From Eledone cirrhosa (Eukaryota): DNA of 64,000 nucleotides. Position 1 is the first letter of the stretch, and every line of letters begins with the position of its first letter. Location: the NCBI GenBank assembly GCA_964016885.1, contig OZ024744.1:87730001-87794000 (forward strand), given 5' to 3'. The position numbers were made by a program, and so were the translations under genes. The notes under the pieces are model-generated. The model was given only the letters and a program-made list of their open reading frames with translations, was not told where the DNA came from and did no database searches. Positions 12,770 through 26,645 of this stretch are shown here, in pieces.

Positions 12770-13358
12770 ACGGCTTATCGTTAATGTTTCTGTTCGAGGT
12801 TAGAGGACCACAGTCTTTTCAAGATCTGAGAACCATCAATGGCCATCAATGTTCCACTTTCCATTTGGTCTGCCAGATGCGTGGTATGGTACACAATGAC
12901 AGCAATTAGGACCTCAGACTGGAAGAAGTAGCAACTGCTAAAGTCCCTTCTCAGCTGCGAAAACATTTTGCTATTTTGCTGCACAACTGCGATCTTGCCG
13001 ACCTGCTCGCAATGTGGAACAACCACCGTGAAAGTCTAGCTGAGGACATCCTCCACCTCACACGCAGACACAATCCAAACGTAACATACGTTTTCAATGA
13101 GGCGCTCATTTGTCTTGAAAACAGTGTCCTGGAGATTGTGGTAGGCCTCTAAGTCACTACAGCTTACCTGCTCCTGACAGGTGTGTCCAGAGGTCAACGT
13201 CTACAGAGCTTCTCTGCTAGACGAGCTACGAGATCAGTGATTCCCCATGGTCAATTGTATGTAGGATGCTCTAGGGTTAGCTCGCCAACAATCTCTTCAT
13301 CTTTGCTCCGGAGGGCCGAACAAAAAATATTGTATACTCTGAGGCTCTAACAAAGTAA
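12770..13358 (+). mobile_element. Internally deleted Helitron Rep/Pif1-helicase pseudogene fragment
   Basis: VRGPQSFQDLRTING...PSQLRKHFAILL...LAEDIL followed by HGQLYVGCSRV (Pif1 C-terminal motif); contains stops and frameshifts. Confidence 0.88.
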
Positions 13359-13473
13359 TTTAAATATTTTCTGTTACTTGGAATTTCCATTATGGGTGTA
13401 CAAATTATTGTTTTTAAAAAATGTTTTCTCTGTTCAGCCATTATTGTTGTAACTATTATAATTGCAAACGAAT

Positions 13474-13656
13474 CGGTGGATTGGCAGTATCGGTAGAGGG
13501 TCGGACGCCATGCTTTCCAGCATAGTCCCTTTACGATCTGAGTTCAAATCCCGCCGAGGTTGACTTTGCCTTTCAGCCTTACGAGGTCGATAAAATAAAG
13601 TACCAGTAATGCACTGGGTAATTGCTGGCCTTGTGCCTAAAGTAGAAACAATTATT
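13474..13656 (+). mobile_element. tRNA-derived SINE family 1 (octopus-type)
   Basis: ggtggattggcag...gagttcaaatcccgccgaggt...tcgataaaataaagtaccag...gtagaaacaattatt; many copies in the window. Confidence 0.9.
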
Positions 13657-13978
13657 AATATTCGAAAAACTCAGATTACATTTAAATATATATATATATA
13701 TATATATAGTAATTTTAATAAATTTGAAGACTAAAATCCAAAGAGGGCTCGATAAGGATAAATATATATCAAATATATAAGAACCGTAGAGCAAATATTT
13801 ATTAAAATAACAGATTAAAGTTTAAGCAAAGAATCGCTGCTTTCATCCTTAACGGGATCTTCTGAGTTTCAGAAGATCCCGTTAAGGGTGAAAGCAGCGA
13901 TTCTTTGCTTAAACTGTTATTTTAATAAATATATATATACATATATATATACATATATATATATATAGAGAGAGAGAG

Positions 13979-14037
<59 letters not shown>

Positions 14038-14772
14038 CCGCGTATCGAAACACACCTTTATCTAGATTCTGCAAATTGTGTATTGAAAAAATTGCTTCAT
14101 ACTTAAATGTAAGAACTCTATTAATCTAAGAACGAATTTATTTAATTCTTGTAGACGTCCCCTGAATTCAACATTCAGAACTATATATAGATTATAATTA
14201 TACTTATAATATTTCTACTTATATCCATAACAATCTTATCCAATATATTGATATCTCTAAATGATAATATCTATAACATTTGCTATAATTTCACTTCTTA
14301 AAGTTTCATAAAATATAGAATTCTAATTTTTTAAAATTTTATTTGTAATTTTAATTTTAATAATTTTTAATTCTTTATTATTATTTTTTTTTTATTTTTA
14401 TTTCTTAAAAAATTACTTATATCTTATAAATTATTTGTTTTTATTTTCTCAAATTTTTCCATATTTTTTCAATATTTTTTCAATATTTTTCAAAAGATGT
14501 ATAACCATTAACTGATTTTGGCTAAATGTATATTTTAATATCTATACTTATTTTGACTAAATAGTCTCACACTAACGTATAAATAAATTAAACCGGAGTT
14601 TTTCCCAATCTTCCTATTTTAAAACATATAAATATAAATATTCTTGTTAACTCAGTTAATTTAATTTAATTTAACTTAATATTTATTTACATTAAATACA
14701 AAACCAATATCCCTCATAACTCATTAGAACAATTATCTAGAACATGATATACCCATATATTTATTCATTCAT

Positions 14773-14803
<31 letters not shown>

Positions 14804-15004
14804 TCTACTTATAACAGAAAATATTATATTATAAACGAATTTTAAACAACTAATAATCGTAAATACACGTGCTATTAAGAATATATTTCCCCCAAATTAA
14901 CGTTATATGAGTATTATTCATCTTCTCTTGTTGCTTTCTTCTTCTCTCTCTCTCTCTCGTACTATTTTTTATCCTTTTCCTCTTATCTCTTCTTTCTCTC
15001 TCTC

Positions 15005-15080
<76 letters not shown>

Positions 15081-15269
15081 CCCCCCCTCTCTCTCTCTCT
15101 CTCAATAGTCGTTTAAATAATCGGTTGTTTTTCAATTATTTACATATTCATTTGCATATTCACACATAAGTTTGAAAACTCCCTAATATATTTCCACTAT
15201 CCAGTGAATTTCCAACCGATAAGGTATGATTTTCATGGGTATTTCTCTATTTATAAAACAAACTTTGTT

Positions 15270-15329
15270 TTTTATCTGATGAAAGCGTACCAATGTTGTC
15301 TTGGTACCCTTGAAATATATATAATAAAA
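15270..15329 (+). ncRNA. Type I hammerhead ribozyme within a ~300-bp repeat also found at 63110-63530
   Basis: ttttat CTGATGA aag-c-gtaccaa..ttggtac-c-ctt GAAA tatata TA ataaaa. Confidence 0.88.
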
Positions 15330-15935
15330 TAAATATGGTTTTATAAATATAGTTTCCATTTATTTAATATCATTGAATATTTACTCCAGTAACTTGTTGA
15401 GAGCTCTAAATCAGTTATAAACATTTATATTTCCAACAAATTAAATACTCTTTCTACTTATATACATATATATATATATGTGTGTGTCTGTGTGTATATA
15501 TTTGTTTTAGTATTTGATTTGCGAGACGAAGCGAGAGTGTATTTGAATGCATATAACAATGAGAAAACTCACCATTAGAACTGCCGTTAAATCAGCGATG
15601 GCCAAATATGCCACAGAGAACAAAGACCAGCGGTCAGTAGTCAACAGAGAGACAATCCATAATGTGGGTGATGGGCAGATAAAATATAGAAAAGATTTCA
15701 AGAAAAGGAGGTCAAGAAGAACTATGTTGTTGCATGGAAGTGACTTGAAGAAAAAAATTAAAGTTAAGCGATGTAGAAGACAAGTTTACACACATACATC
15801 TTCACACTCATCAGCTCTCAAACTGCAAAATGGTTTTGCATGATTTAATTGAGAGTACTATTTTAAAATACTGCACCGTGCAACAGAGAAATAAATCTTT
15901 CTGCTGGTATGATATCTGTGTGATAAAACAAACAG

Positions 15936-15997
<62 letters not shown>

Positions 15998-16054
15998 TTA
16001 TTATTATTATTACTACCACCACCATCACTACTACTACTGCTGTTGCTGCTGCTG

Positions 16055-16117
<63 letters not shown>

Positions 16118-16133
16118 TCACTACCACCACCAA

Positions 16134-16216
<83 letters not shown>

Positions 16217-16621
16217 TAGATGATGTAATTTACATTAAATAATTCGCTGTTCCATATAAAAAAAAGCTTTATTCATTTTATATATAGGTTGTAGTATCTT
16301 GTGTAATAGCATTTTGAGCAACATGTTTCATTGGCTATTTCATTCATTTATGTTTATGAAAGAGTAGAATAATATCTACTATAGACATGTTTGAATAACT
16401 TAACATTAACTTAAAGGTATTTAATGTTATCGTTAAAATTATTCATGTAGGTTTAATAAAGAATTATAGACACTGAAACGTTTCGGAATATAGTAAACAT
16501 AACCCTCTTCATCAAATAGAGAACATCTAATTTTCTCTTTCTTGTGTTTAAAATTGAACATTAATTAACACTAGACACAAGGAGATAGTTAAAAATTAGA
16601 AATGATCCCTCTACAGAAAGA

Positions 16622-17040
16622 AATAATTGTTTCTACTTTTGGCACAAGGCCAGCAATTATATCAGTGAATTACTGGTACTTTATTTTATCGACCCTCTTT
16701 TGATGAAAGGCAAAGTTAACCTCGGCGAGATTTGAACTCAGATCATAAAGGGCCGTAACTCTATGCTGCAAAGCATGGCGTCTGACCCTCTACCGACACT
16801 GCCAATCCACCACCGCTAGAAATAATGATTTCTACTAAAGGCACAAGGCCAGCAATTTTGGGGGAGGGGGAAATCGATTAAATCGACCCCAGTGCATTAC
16901 TGGTGCTTTATTTTATTGACCCCGTAAGGATGAAAGGCAAAGTTAACCTGGACGGGATTTGAACTCAGATCATAAAGAGCCGTAACTCTATGCTGCAAAG
17001 CATGGCGTCCGACTCTCTACCTATACTGCCAATCCACTGC
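16622..17040 (-). mobile_element. Two adjacent SINE family 1 copies
   Basis: Reverse-complement SINE consensus at about 16622-16816 and 16820-17040. Confidence 0.88.
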
Positions 17041-18539
17041 AAGAAATAAGGAAATGTAAAATATATACTGAAAACAGAAACATTAAAATACTTCATTTAG
17101 ATTATTCGACCCTCCCTCTCCATTTTGGGATCAAATTCCCGCAGAAACGCTAAACAAAGTTCCTAAGATACATTGATATCATTTCAATTGTGGATTGAAT
17201 TTACTTTTCACGACAAAGCACTTTTCAGTACATAGTCTGAAGTCTATGTAGGAAATCATTATTCTTAGTGTTGTTCGATTAAATAGAATTCCCCATTCAA
17301 ATTGCTTGTCTTTTGCCTAAAAAAAAACTATAATTAGAAACCATTATTATTCAGTAATGCGCTGCGTAATTGCTGGCCTTGTGCCTAAATTAGAAACCAT
17401 TATTATTCGTAGGTAGAGTTGATATATATACTCAATGACTAACCCAATTTTGACTTCCGATTTTCATCTTCGTTTTGATCCATTCAGTCTCCTTCCACAC
17501 GTAAAAAAAATCTGATATTTATGTAGGTTAAGTGTCTTTAAACATAATCTATTGTCTGCTCAACGAATACATTTTAAGAAAAGACATTTTTGTGGAGCTT
17601 TTCAAAGCCAAACGATCGCTACTAACGAAAGAAACCCGATCACTAAAGGAGCGTTACATCTCTTTCCATTAAATACATACAGATGCGATTTCACACTCAC
17701 ATACTAATACGTATACCCTTAATAAATTTCACATATATAAACTGAATATGCATGCATATACGTATCCTTACAGACATTCATCTGCATAAAACACACGCAT
17801 ACACTTTCGCGAACAGTTTTATTGCATATGTCTGTTTTATTTATTTTCTAGAGGTTTTCTTTTATGACCGCCATTTTTATTAGAGAGATTTTTACGACAG
17901 ATTTCAGTATAGTTGTCGAGGGCGTCTTATATTGGGTAATATCCTCTTATTCAAGATCTTAGATCAAAGAACTTACTATCGAGGGAAAGGAAAAAATGTA
18001 GACGAAAGAATGAAAAGTAGAAAACGTGATGTACTCAAAGAGGAAAAAAGATCGTATGATAAAACCACTTACACGCACATACATAGTATATGTAAATACA
18101 CAAGCACATCATTCATATTCTCACACAAAAAGAGGGATGCTAAATGAAGTATATAGGATAAATATAGGGCTGGTAAAGAAGGATGTGAATAAACAAAATA
18201 GGGGAACTAAAAACATAGCAGGTTTTATGAAAAAAAAAATCATTGAAAACATAAAGAATCAACAAATAAATAAATATAGCAGGCAACTTGGAGTATCAGC
18301 TTTCTGGATTGAGCGTTTTATATTATTTAGATAAGGGCTTCAGGATTCTGGGTTTGAATTTCAATCCTTATCCTTATCGACTATTCATTTTCCCGTTTCA
18401 AGAATGATGATGTAAGTATAAGTACTACGGTGAATATAAGGTTTTATTCTATGTTTGAAATTGTATTCAATTCTTAATTGACCAAAATATCTGATCAATA
18501 TGGGGGATTATATCCAGCTATATTTACGAAAATATTTGG

Positions 18540-18674
<135 letters not shown>

Positions 18675-18679
18675 GCACG

Positions 18680-18710
<31 letters not shown>

Positions 18711-18726
18711 GCGCACACGCACACGC

Positions 18727-18778
<52 letters not shown>

Positions 18779-18909
18779 TATGAATAAGAGAGACACTTAT
18801 TTGTACAGCTTTTTATTTCATAATTCTATTATACGTTTTTCGAAGATCTGAGAGTGGTTACTGGTCAGCAATATAAACACCACGCTAAATCAGTAGCACG
18901 CATCTTAAA

Positions 18910-18978
18910 CTGTCTGATGAGAACATGCCAGAAGAATATTATGTAAGCACTCTGACATATTCAAAATACGTATAATAG
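18910..18978 (+). ncRNA. Decayed hammerhead ribozyme (GAAA changed to AAAA)
   Basis: ctgt CTGATGA gaacatgccaga..tctgacatattc AAAA tacgta TA atag; palindromic stem III. Confidence 0.6.
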
Positions 18979-19204
18979 AATTATGTAATAAAAAGATGTA
19001 CAAATAAAACCGTCTCTCTTATTCATAATATTGAAACTCCGGTTGATACCTTCACCGAGAAAATCCTAAGGAATACAAATGCTAGAGTGTTTTACGTCTG
19101 TTTACGAAAACGTCGGCGGATTATATGATCAACCAACTTTCATCAATTAAATAATATATAGATAGATAGATTTCGACATATGAAGATCCGGACAGCCAAT
19201 TCAC

Positions 19205-19990
19205 TTAATTTAGTTTAGATGTTTATGTTGGGTATGACATTTTAGACCTACCAAGGATTTCAAAGCAAGTCTAAAGGTCCTGCAAGTATGAGGTTTACTG
19301 GATAATGTTGGTGGTATGTTTGATAATACCCCCCCCCCCCTTGCTTGTAGCTTATGGATGCAACCAGACTCAAAGTTTCTGATCCCATTATGACACACAG
19401 ATTACTCTTAACCTTGACTATGTACCTAAGCCATGGATTTCCAACATTTTTATTTCTTTTGATCTTGAAGCAGTTTTTGATGAGCGAGTTCTTGTAGATT
19501 TGAGGAAAACGGCTAGCCCTCCAAAATTGTTTTGAAGATCTCATGCAGTTTCCTGGCTTGCTTTTGTCCACCATACATATGAATCTCTGGTGGAATACTA
19601 TCCTTGACAGGTGCTTTATCACAGGAAATTTGGTTTATGGAGTACCTCACTTCCGTCAGTATTGGCTCAATAGACATTTCGAGTATTTCAGGATGTAAGG
19701 AAATGGACACTATGACATCATCATCAATGACAGAGGTGGAGTTTAATACAGTTTCCAAGAGCTCTTTTCATCTTTTCAAGTTGTCCGACTTATCTGATAA
19801 TGTTGTTGATATGTTTGATAATACTTTTTCCCTATCAGATGAAAAAGCCCGCGAAACACCACACTCTCGAGCACCATACACCTTCCCTAGGCCATCATAG
19901 AATGCCGTATTTGCAGCTTTTTGTAGTTCAGTAGATTCTGAAGACCATCTAACTTTTTTCATTTACCTGAGAGCACATTGAACCTGCATC
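19205..19990 (-). mobile_element. Decayed RTE-like LINE fragment
   Basis: ELQKAANTAFYDGLGKVYG, EVRYSINQISCDKAPVKDSIPPEI and a C-terminal CRTF..LVGLKCH..H segment. Confidence 0.75.
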
Positions 19991-20901
19991 TTGCACTTTT
20001 TCTATGCTCGAGTTCTTATCATTTATCCACGCTTTGAGGGAACTGTGCTTCCGGACAGGTAGTCGGGGAATATCTAAGAGCCCTGTCCAGTTTGTTGCAG
20101 AACTTGATTAGTTTCTCACGGGTTTTCAAAGGATGAGGGTTAATGCTCCTAGGTACGGATGAGTTTTGGAGTCTCTTGTGAGCAAGGCGGAATGAAGAGT
20201 TTTTACGAAGGAGAGCATGATTAGAAAGATATCAGGTTCTGCAGAAGGAGCTTATGAAATTAATAACCTGGGATAAATAACAACATCAGTTTATGTATTA
20301 CCAGTAATTATTTATTTCGTTTGTAGAAAAGAACTATAGTCAATTAAATGGATTGGACTATATCGTATGTAACTATTTTATCAATAAATTAAAATTATAG
20401 TTCATGTTCGTTGAAATTTGAATTAAACATCGACGAGATTCCAACACAAAAAATATTTCAAAAATGAATGCTGTGAACACTCTGATCTAATACTATAGTA
20501 ATATTTTCTAATAGTTTCTATGTTACTTGTTTTATTATATATATATGTATATATATTGGCCTTGTGCCAAAAATAGACACAATTATATACATATATATAT
20601 AAATATATATATATAAATATATATATATTTATATATATATAAATATATATATAAATATATATATATAAATATATATATATTTATATATATATAAATATAT
20701 ATATAAATATATATATATTTATATATATATAAATATATATATAAATATATATATATAAATATATCTATATTTATATATATATAAATATATATATAAATAT
20801 ATATATATATATAAAATTGAGATAAGCGGAGCAAGCTAGATTCAAACAATTTTTTTTTAAATAAATTAAAAAATATAATTTAAATATTCACCTATTCCTT
20901 T

Positions 20902-20983
20902 TGCTTTTACCGACGGTTTCACTTCACAAAATATTGGAAGTCCTAGGGACTTCCAATGGAAATGTTCAGATCTTCAGAAAGCA
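20902..20983 (-). ncRNA. Type I hammerhead ribozyme with long stem II
   Basis: Reverse complement: tgcttt CTGAAGA ..attggaagtcc/ggacttccaat.. GAAA ccgtcgg TA aaagca; its 3' half is repeated 472 bp away at about 21374-21402. Confidence 0.82.
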
Positions 20984-21400
20984 TTTTCCCTACCTAGGAC
21001 AAAATTCCCAGGAACGGCAAAATATATTGCCACTTGCCAGCTAGCACAGGATCGAATGAGGCCGTAAATTTGACCTGTGCATGAACTAGCCCTTAGTAGA
21101 AGCGGAAGTAAACATAGACGTATTGTCTATCACGCCACTAAAAATAGCAGCTAAATAAAACAACGGATTTTTCTCGGAGAATATACCCTGGAAATATATA
21201 GGGTGTCTATGATACAGTGGTTGTTCTATGGTATTAATTTGACATATCAGAACTATAAAATTGAGATAAGCGGAGCAAGCAAGATTCAAACAATTTTTTT
21301 TAAATAAATAAAAAAATATAAAAAAATATAAAAAATAAAAAATATAAAAAATAAAATATTCACCTATTCCTTTTGCTTTTACCGACGGTTTCACTTCACA

Positions 21401-21452
<52 letters not shown>

Positions 21453-22182
21453 TATACGGTACTATATATATATATACTATACGGTACTACATATATATAC
21501 TGTACGGTACTATCGTTCAGTATGTAGATAATTAATGTAACATTAATACCCCTTAATGTAACATCAATACCTGTAACATTAATACTCCTTTCAAAACTTC
21601 TTACTTAAACATCTCCCTACGTAGTAGATAGTATAGGTGCACATATTTTTTTACTCACTTCAATCTAGATTCTCACTTGTAAACTTTTTTAATTTTTAAT
21701 TTTTAATTTTTGATTTCTGATTTTCGATTTTTAAAGTTTAGTTTTAATTTCCAACTCCCATTCATAATTTCCACTGTGAAACCATGATACCTAGAATTAA
21801 GTATATTTTCTCTTAGAGGTTGATGGTCAATTATACTGTCCATGCTTAATGTGGGGTGGTATTGAGACATATTGATACTCACACTCTCCCAACACCACTG
21901 GCTTTCGGCTGACTGCCACTGACGGGGTGGCTAGCAGTAAGCTATATATTACAGGCCTGAATAGGTCATTGTTTGGTTGAGAGGGGGAACTGCCTAGGCG
22001 AATTTCGTTGAACTCTGCAGTAGCTAATGGTCAACTTCCTTCGGACCTGCGCCTGCGCAGACCGGTGGGGTGAATTGGTACTCACAAGGGGACGGACGAA
22101 GAACCCAAGAGCACACACTTCGTCCGTTCCCATGTCGATTAAATTTGGATTGCCTCGGAAACATAACCTTATTATGTAACAA

Positions 22183-22256
22183 GCTGTCTGACGATGTCGC
22201 GGCACTGGCGCACGGAACAATGTGGCCACTGTCGCCATTGAAATATATATCACAGC
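22183..22256 (+). ncRNA. Type I hammerhead ribozyme at the end of a CpG-rich ~400-bp segment
   Basis: gctgt CTGACGA [long GC-rich stem II] GAAA tatata TC acagc. Confidence 0.85.
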
Positions 22257-22305
22257 ATTATTATTAAAGGACTTGAACATCTGAAACTACTTCGCTTTTC
22301 CTTAT

Positions 22306-22397
<92 letters not shown>

Positions 22398-22484
22398 ATA
22401 TATATATATATATATAGTATTAATAATAAATATGAAGACTAAAATCCGAAGAGGGCTCGATAAGGATAATATATATATCAAATA

Positions 22485-23104
22485 CTAGCAGAATGGCCCG
22501 GCGCTGGTCGGGATTTGCTATAGGGTTCTTATATATGTGATATATATTTATCCTTATCGAGCCTCGTGAAATAAATACGCTTGTTTATATTTTGTTATAG
22601 TGTATGGAAAAATATCTGTACATGAATATATAATTATATATATATATATATATATATATTACAATAGCAGATTAAAGTTTAAGCAAAGAATCGTTGCTTT
22701 CGCCCTTAATGGGATCTTCTGAAACTAAAAACATCAATCTGTGAACGCAGAAGTAAATATTTCGAAAAACGTTACATACTATATATACATATATACACAC
22801 ACACATATAGCGTCATAATGTCGCAATGCAGACAGCCAGATATACAGACAGATATTATAAGCACAACGTTATATCTATGTATCTATCTAAAAAGAAAGAC
22901 TAAGAATTATAGAGAGAGATCGCTAAGTCGCGTAATGTGGTCCCATGGGTATTGAAAATTTGAAATGTGTTTTGCTCAAAACACTCACAGCACCATAAGT
23001 AATACATGTGTAAAGTTTGAAAACAATCGGTTGGGTGGTTCTCGAGTTCGAGGGCGTCAGACAGACAGACAGACCGACATTCACTGTTTTAGATATATAT
23101 ATAT
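22485..23104 (-). mobile_element. Non-autonomous Helitron, apparently inserted in another repeat
   Basis: Reverse-complement 3' end cccgaccagcgccggg..CTAG; 5' region with (tctg)n resembles the 47311 copy. Confidence 0.7.
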
Positions 23105-23443
23105 ATAAACCATAGAGCAAATATTTATCAAAATAACAGATTAAAGTTTAAGCAAAGAATCGCTGTTTTACCCTTAACGGGATCTTCTGAAACTGAAACT
23201 GAAAAAAATCGATCTGAGGACGCAGAAGTAAATATTTCGAAAAACGTTGCAAACGAAGGAAAGCCGGAAGACGATACAATGATTCATGAAGACGTTCTCT
23301 GGCAATGAACGGAAAAAAGCGAAGATAATACGTCGTCATGTGCAGCGGAAAGAACAATTACACGCAAAGACAATGGTATAAATGGAGCCGTTAGACTAAT
23401 ATTCTATTTAGGTAACCGAATGATCCTCGGCTTCGGAGTTAAC

Positions 23444-23633
23444 AATAATTGTTTCTACGTTAGGCACAAGGCCAGCAATTACCCAGTGTATTACCGGTAC
23501 TTTATTTTATCGACCCCGTAAGGATGAAAGGCAAAGTTAACCTCGGCGGGATTTGAACTCAGAATGGCAAGGGCCGTAACTCTATGCGTCAAAGCATGGC
23601 GTCCGACCCTCTACCGATACTGCCAATCCACCC
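23444..23633 (-). mobile_element. SINE family 1
   Basis: Full reverse-complement consensus. Confidence 0.9.
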
Positions 23634-23938
23634 AATAATGTAAATAAAATTGTAGAACAAAATTAACAGAGGTTATAAAATCATAAAAGTAATAATATTT
23701 AAGATTATACAATCATATATAAACACCTCTATATACGTATATAAACGTGCATACGCGAAAACGTACGCCGTACGTACATATACATGAACATACACATAAA
23801 CACGTACACACGTACGTAAACCAGGCATGACACATACGCCCGCACACATACGAACCCATATATACACATATACATACATACCAATATGTATATATAAATA
23901 AATACAAACATATATATTTATATATATGTGTATGTATG

Positions 23939-24070
<132 letters not shown>

Positions 24071-24421
24071 CATACACCTCTATTCTTTTAAATATATATA
24101 TATATATATGTATATGAAAATTAGAATTGGTGCTCTGAAATAGCGATGTATACATAAATGTATATATAATATATTTGGCAATATACTGTATGCTTAATTA
24201 AAAACATTTTGAAGACCTTGCACTATTATTTTAATTAAGCATACAGTATATTGCCAAATATACTATATATACATTCATGTATACATCGCTATTTCAGAGC
24301 ACCAATTCTAATTTTTTATTTTTGCTGGACCGGCAATCGTTCTGTATAATCAGTTCCTGATTATTACTGAAATTCTATAAGAATATCAACATTTATAATT
24401 TTCAACAGACAAAGCGAGTGC

Positions 24422-24467
24422 TAAGCTCTGATGATTACCAACAGTATGAAACAATTCTGTCAGCTTA
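24422..24467 (+). ncRNA. Type I hammerhead ribozyme with GUC cleavage triplet
   Basis: taagct CTGATGA t-tac-caaca-gta-t GAAA ca-attc-tg TC agctta. Confidence 0.85.
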
Positions 24468-24621
24468 TCTGTCTTTGTTTGTTGAAAAAAGAAGTAAGTG
24501 ACATAGTCACTACTTTAAAACAATAGCGTAAGGTCTTCAAAATGTTTTTAATTAAGCATACAGTATATTGCCAAATATACTATATATACATTCATATATG
24601 TATATATATATATGTATGTAT

Positions 24622-24675
<54 letters not shown>

Positions 24676-24789
24676 ACAAATAACGAAACGAAATTAAATT
24701 TCGTTTCGTTTGTAACTCACTTTTGTATGACTGACGCTTAAACAATTAAGTTAAAAATGTACATCCACATATGTATACATATTTTTAAC

Positions 24790-24828
<39 letters not shown>

Positions 24829-24882
24829 TAAAAATATATGTACATAAAAATGTACATCCACATATGTATACATATTTTTAAC

Positions 24883-24919
<37 letters not shown>

Positions 24920-25245
24920 AATAATAATAAATTTGAAGACTAAAATCCAAAGAGGGCTCGATAAGGATTAATATATAAGAACCGTAGAGCAAATATTTAT
25001 TAAAATAACAGATTAAAGTTTAAACAAAGAATCGCTTCTGAAATTAAAAAAATCAATCTGTTAACGCAAAAGTAAATATTTCAAAAAACGTTGCAACCGG
25101 AGGAAGACTAGAAGACGATACTTTGGTTCATGGAAACGTTCCCTGCCAAATATTTACTTCTGCGGTCACAGATTGACTTTGTTACTGTCAGAAGATCCCG
25201 TTAAGGGTGAAATCAGCGATTCTTTGCTTAAACTTTAATCTGTTA

Positions 25246-25352
<107 letters not shown>

Positions 25353-25590
25353 AATGAGTTATATGGTTTGTTGATTATTATTCAACAGAGTTAAATCCAC
25401 CTGATTGTGGTGGGGATGACAAGGCTGCTAGAACTCAATGAAAAAAAGACAGAAGTCAAACGTAGGAAGATAGGTCATCGTTTTACGATCGTTTCAGATC
25501 AGAGGATCGCCTCCCAAACCTGGCCAATGAAGACATTTCCTAGTCTGTAGAAGAAATAAATCGTAATTGTCTCCACTATATATATATATA

Positions 25591-25826
<236 letters not shown>

Positions 25827-26288
25827 ATATATATACACCACAATACACATTAACATTCAACACTCTAGAAACAGCAGCCATATTCAGTCAAATAACTATC
25901 TCCTTAACCACGCTGCTATGTATACTCCTTATCAACTAATTTACATTTCATTATAGATTATTAATCATGTGAATCTGAAATACAGCGGTTAAATTCTCCA
26001 TCGCTCAATCACTCAACGATTAAATATAATGCACATTCATTTCCTTTCCCTCTTATTCGTTTACTTATTAACATTCACTAAATTTTCTTTCAATCAATCA
26101 TAATACGAATTAGTGGCTTGTTTTGTTGTTCACACACCAAAAGTATATGTATATGTGCATGCGTGCGTGTGTGCGTGGTGGTCTGTGTGTATGTGCGTAT
26201 GTATGTATGTATGTGTGCGTGTGTGTGTTTATGCACAAACACGTACACACATATATATGTATGTATGTTATATTGTTATATGCATGTT

Positions 26289-26396
<108 letters not shown>

Positions 26397-26454
26397 TATA
26401 TATATGTGTGTGTGTATATGTGTAGATATATATAGATGTATATATATATATACA

Positions 26455-26491
<37 letters not shown>

Positions 26492-26517
26492 GTGTGTATA
26501 TGTATATATATATATAT

Positions 26518-26550
<33 letters not shown>

Positions 26551-26579
26551 CGTGTGTATATGTATATATATATATATAT

Positions 26580-26645
<66 letters not shown>

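Noticed and set aside
14100-14720. Possible mitochondrial insertion
   Set aside because: Very AT-rich, but I recognised no mitochondrial rRNA, tRNA or protein motif.
15830-16219. Poly-Leu/Val ORFs, and similar poly-S/E/F/C ORFs at 37.0, 39.7 and 44.0 kb
   Set aside because: Translations of trinucleotide microsatellites.
23214-23250. CTGAGGA...GAAA hammerhead-like motif
   Set aside because: No stem I or valid cleavage site, and other copies of the repeat read CTGTGAA or CTGTTAA.
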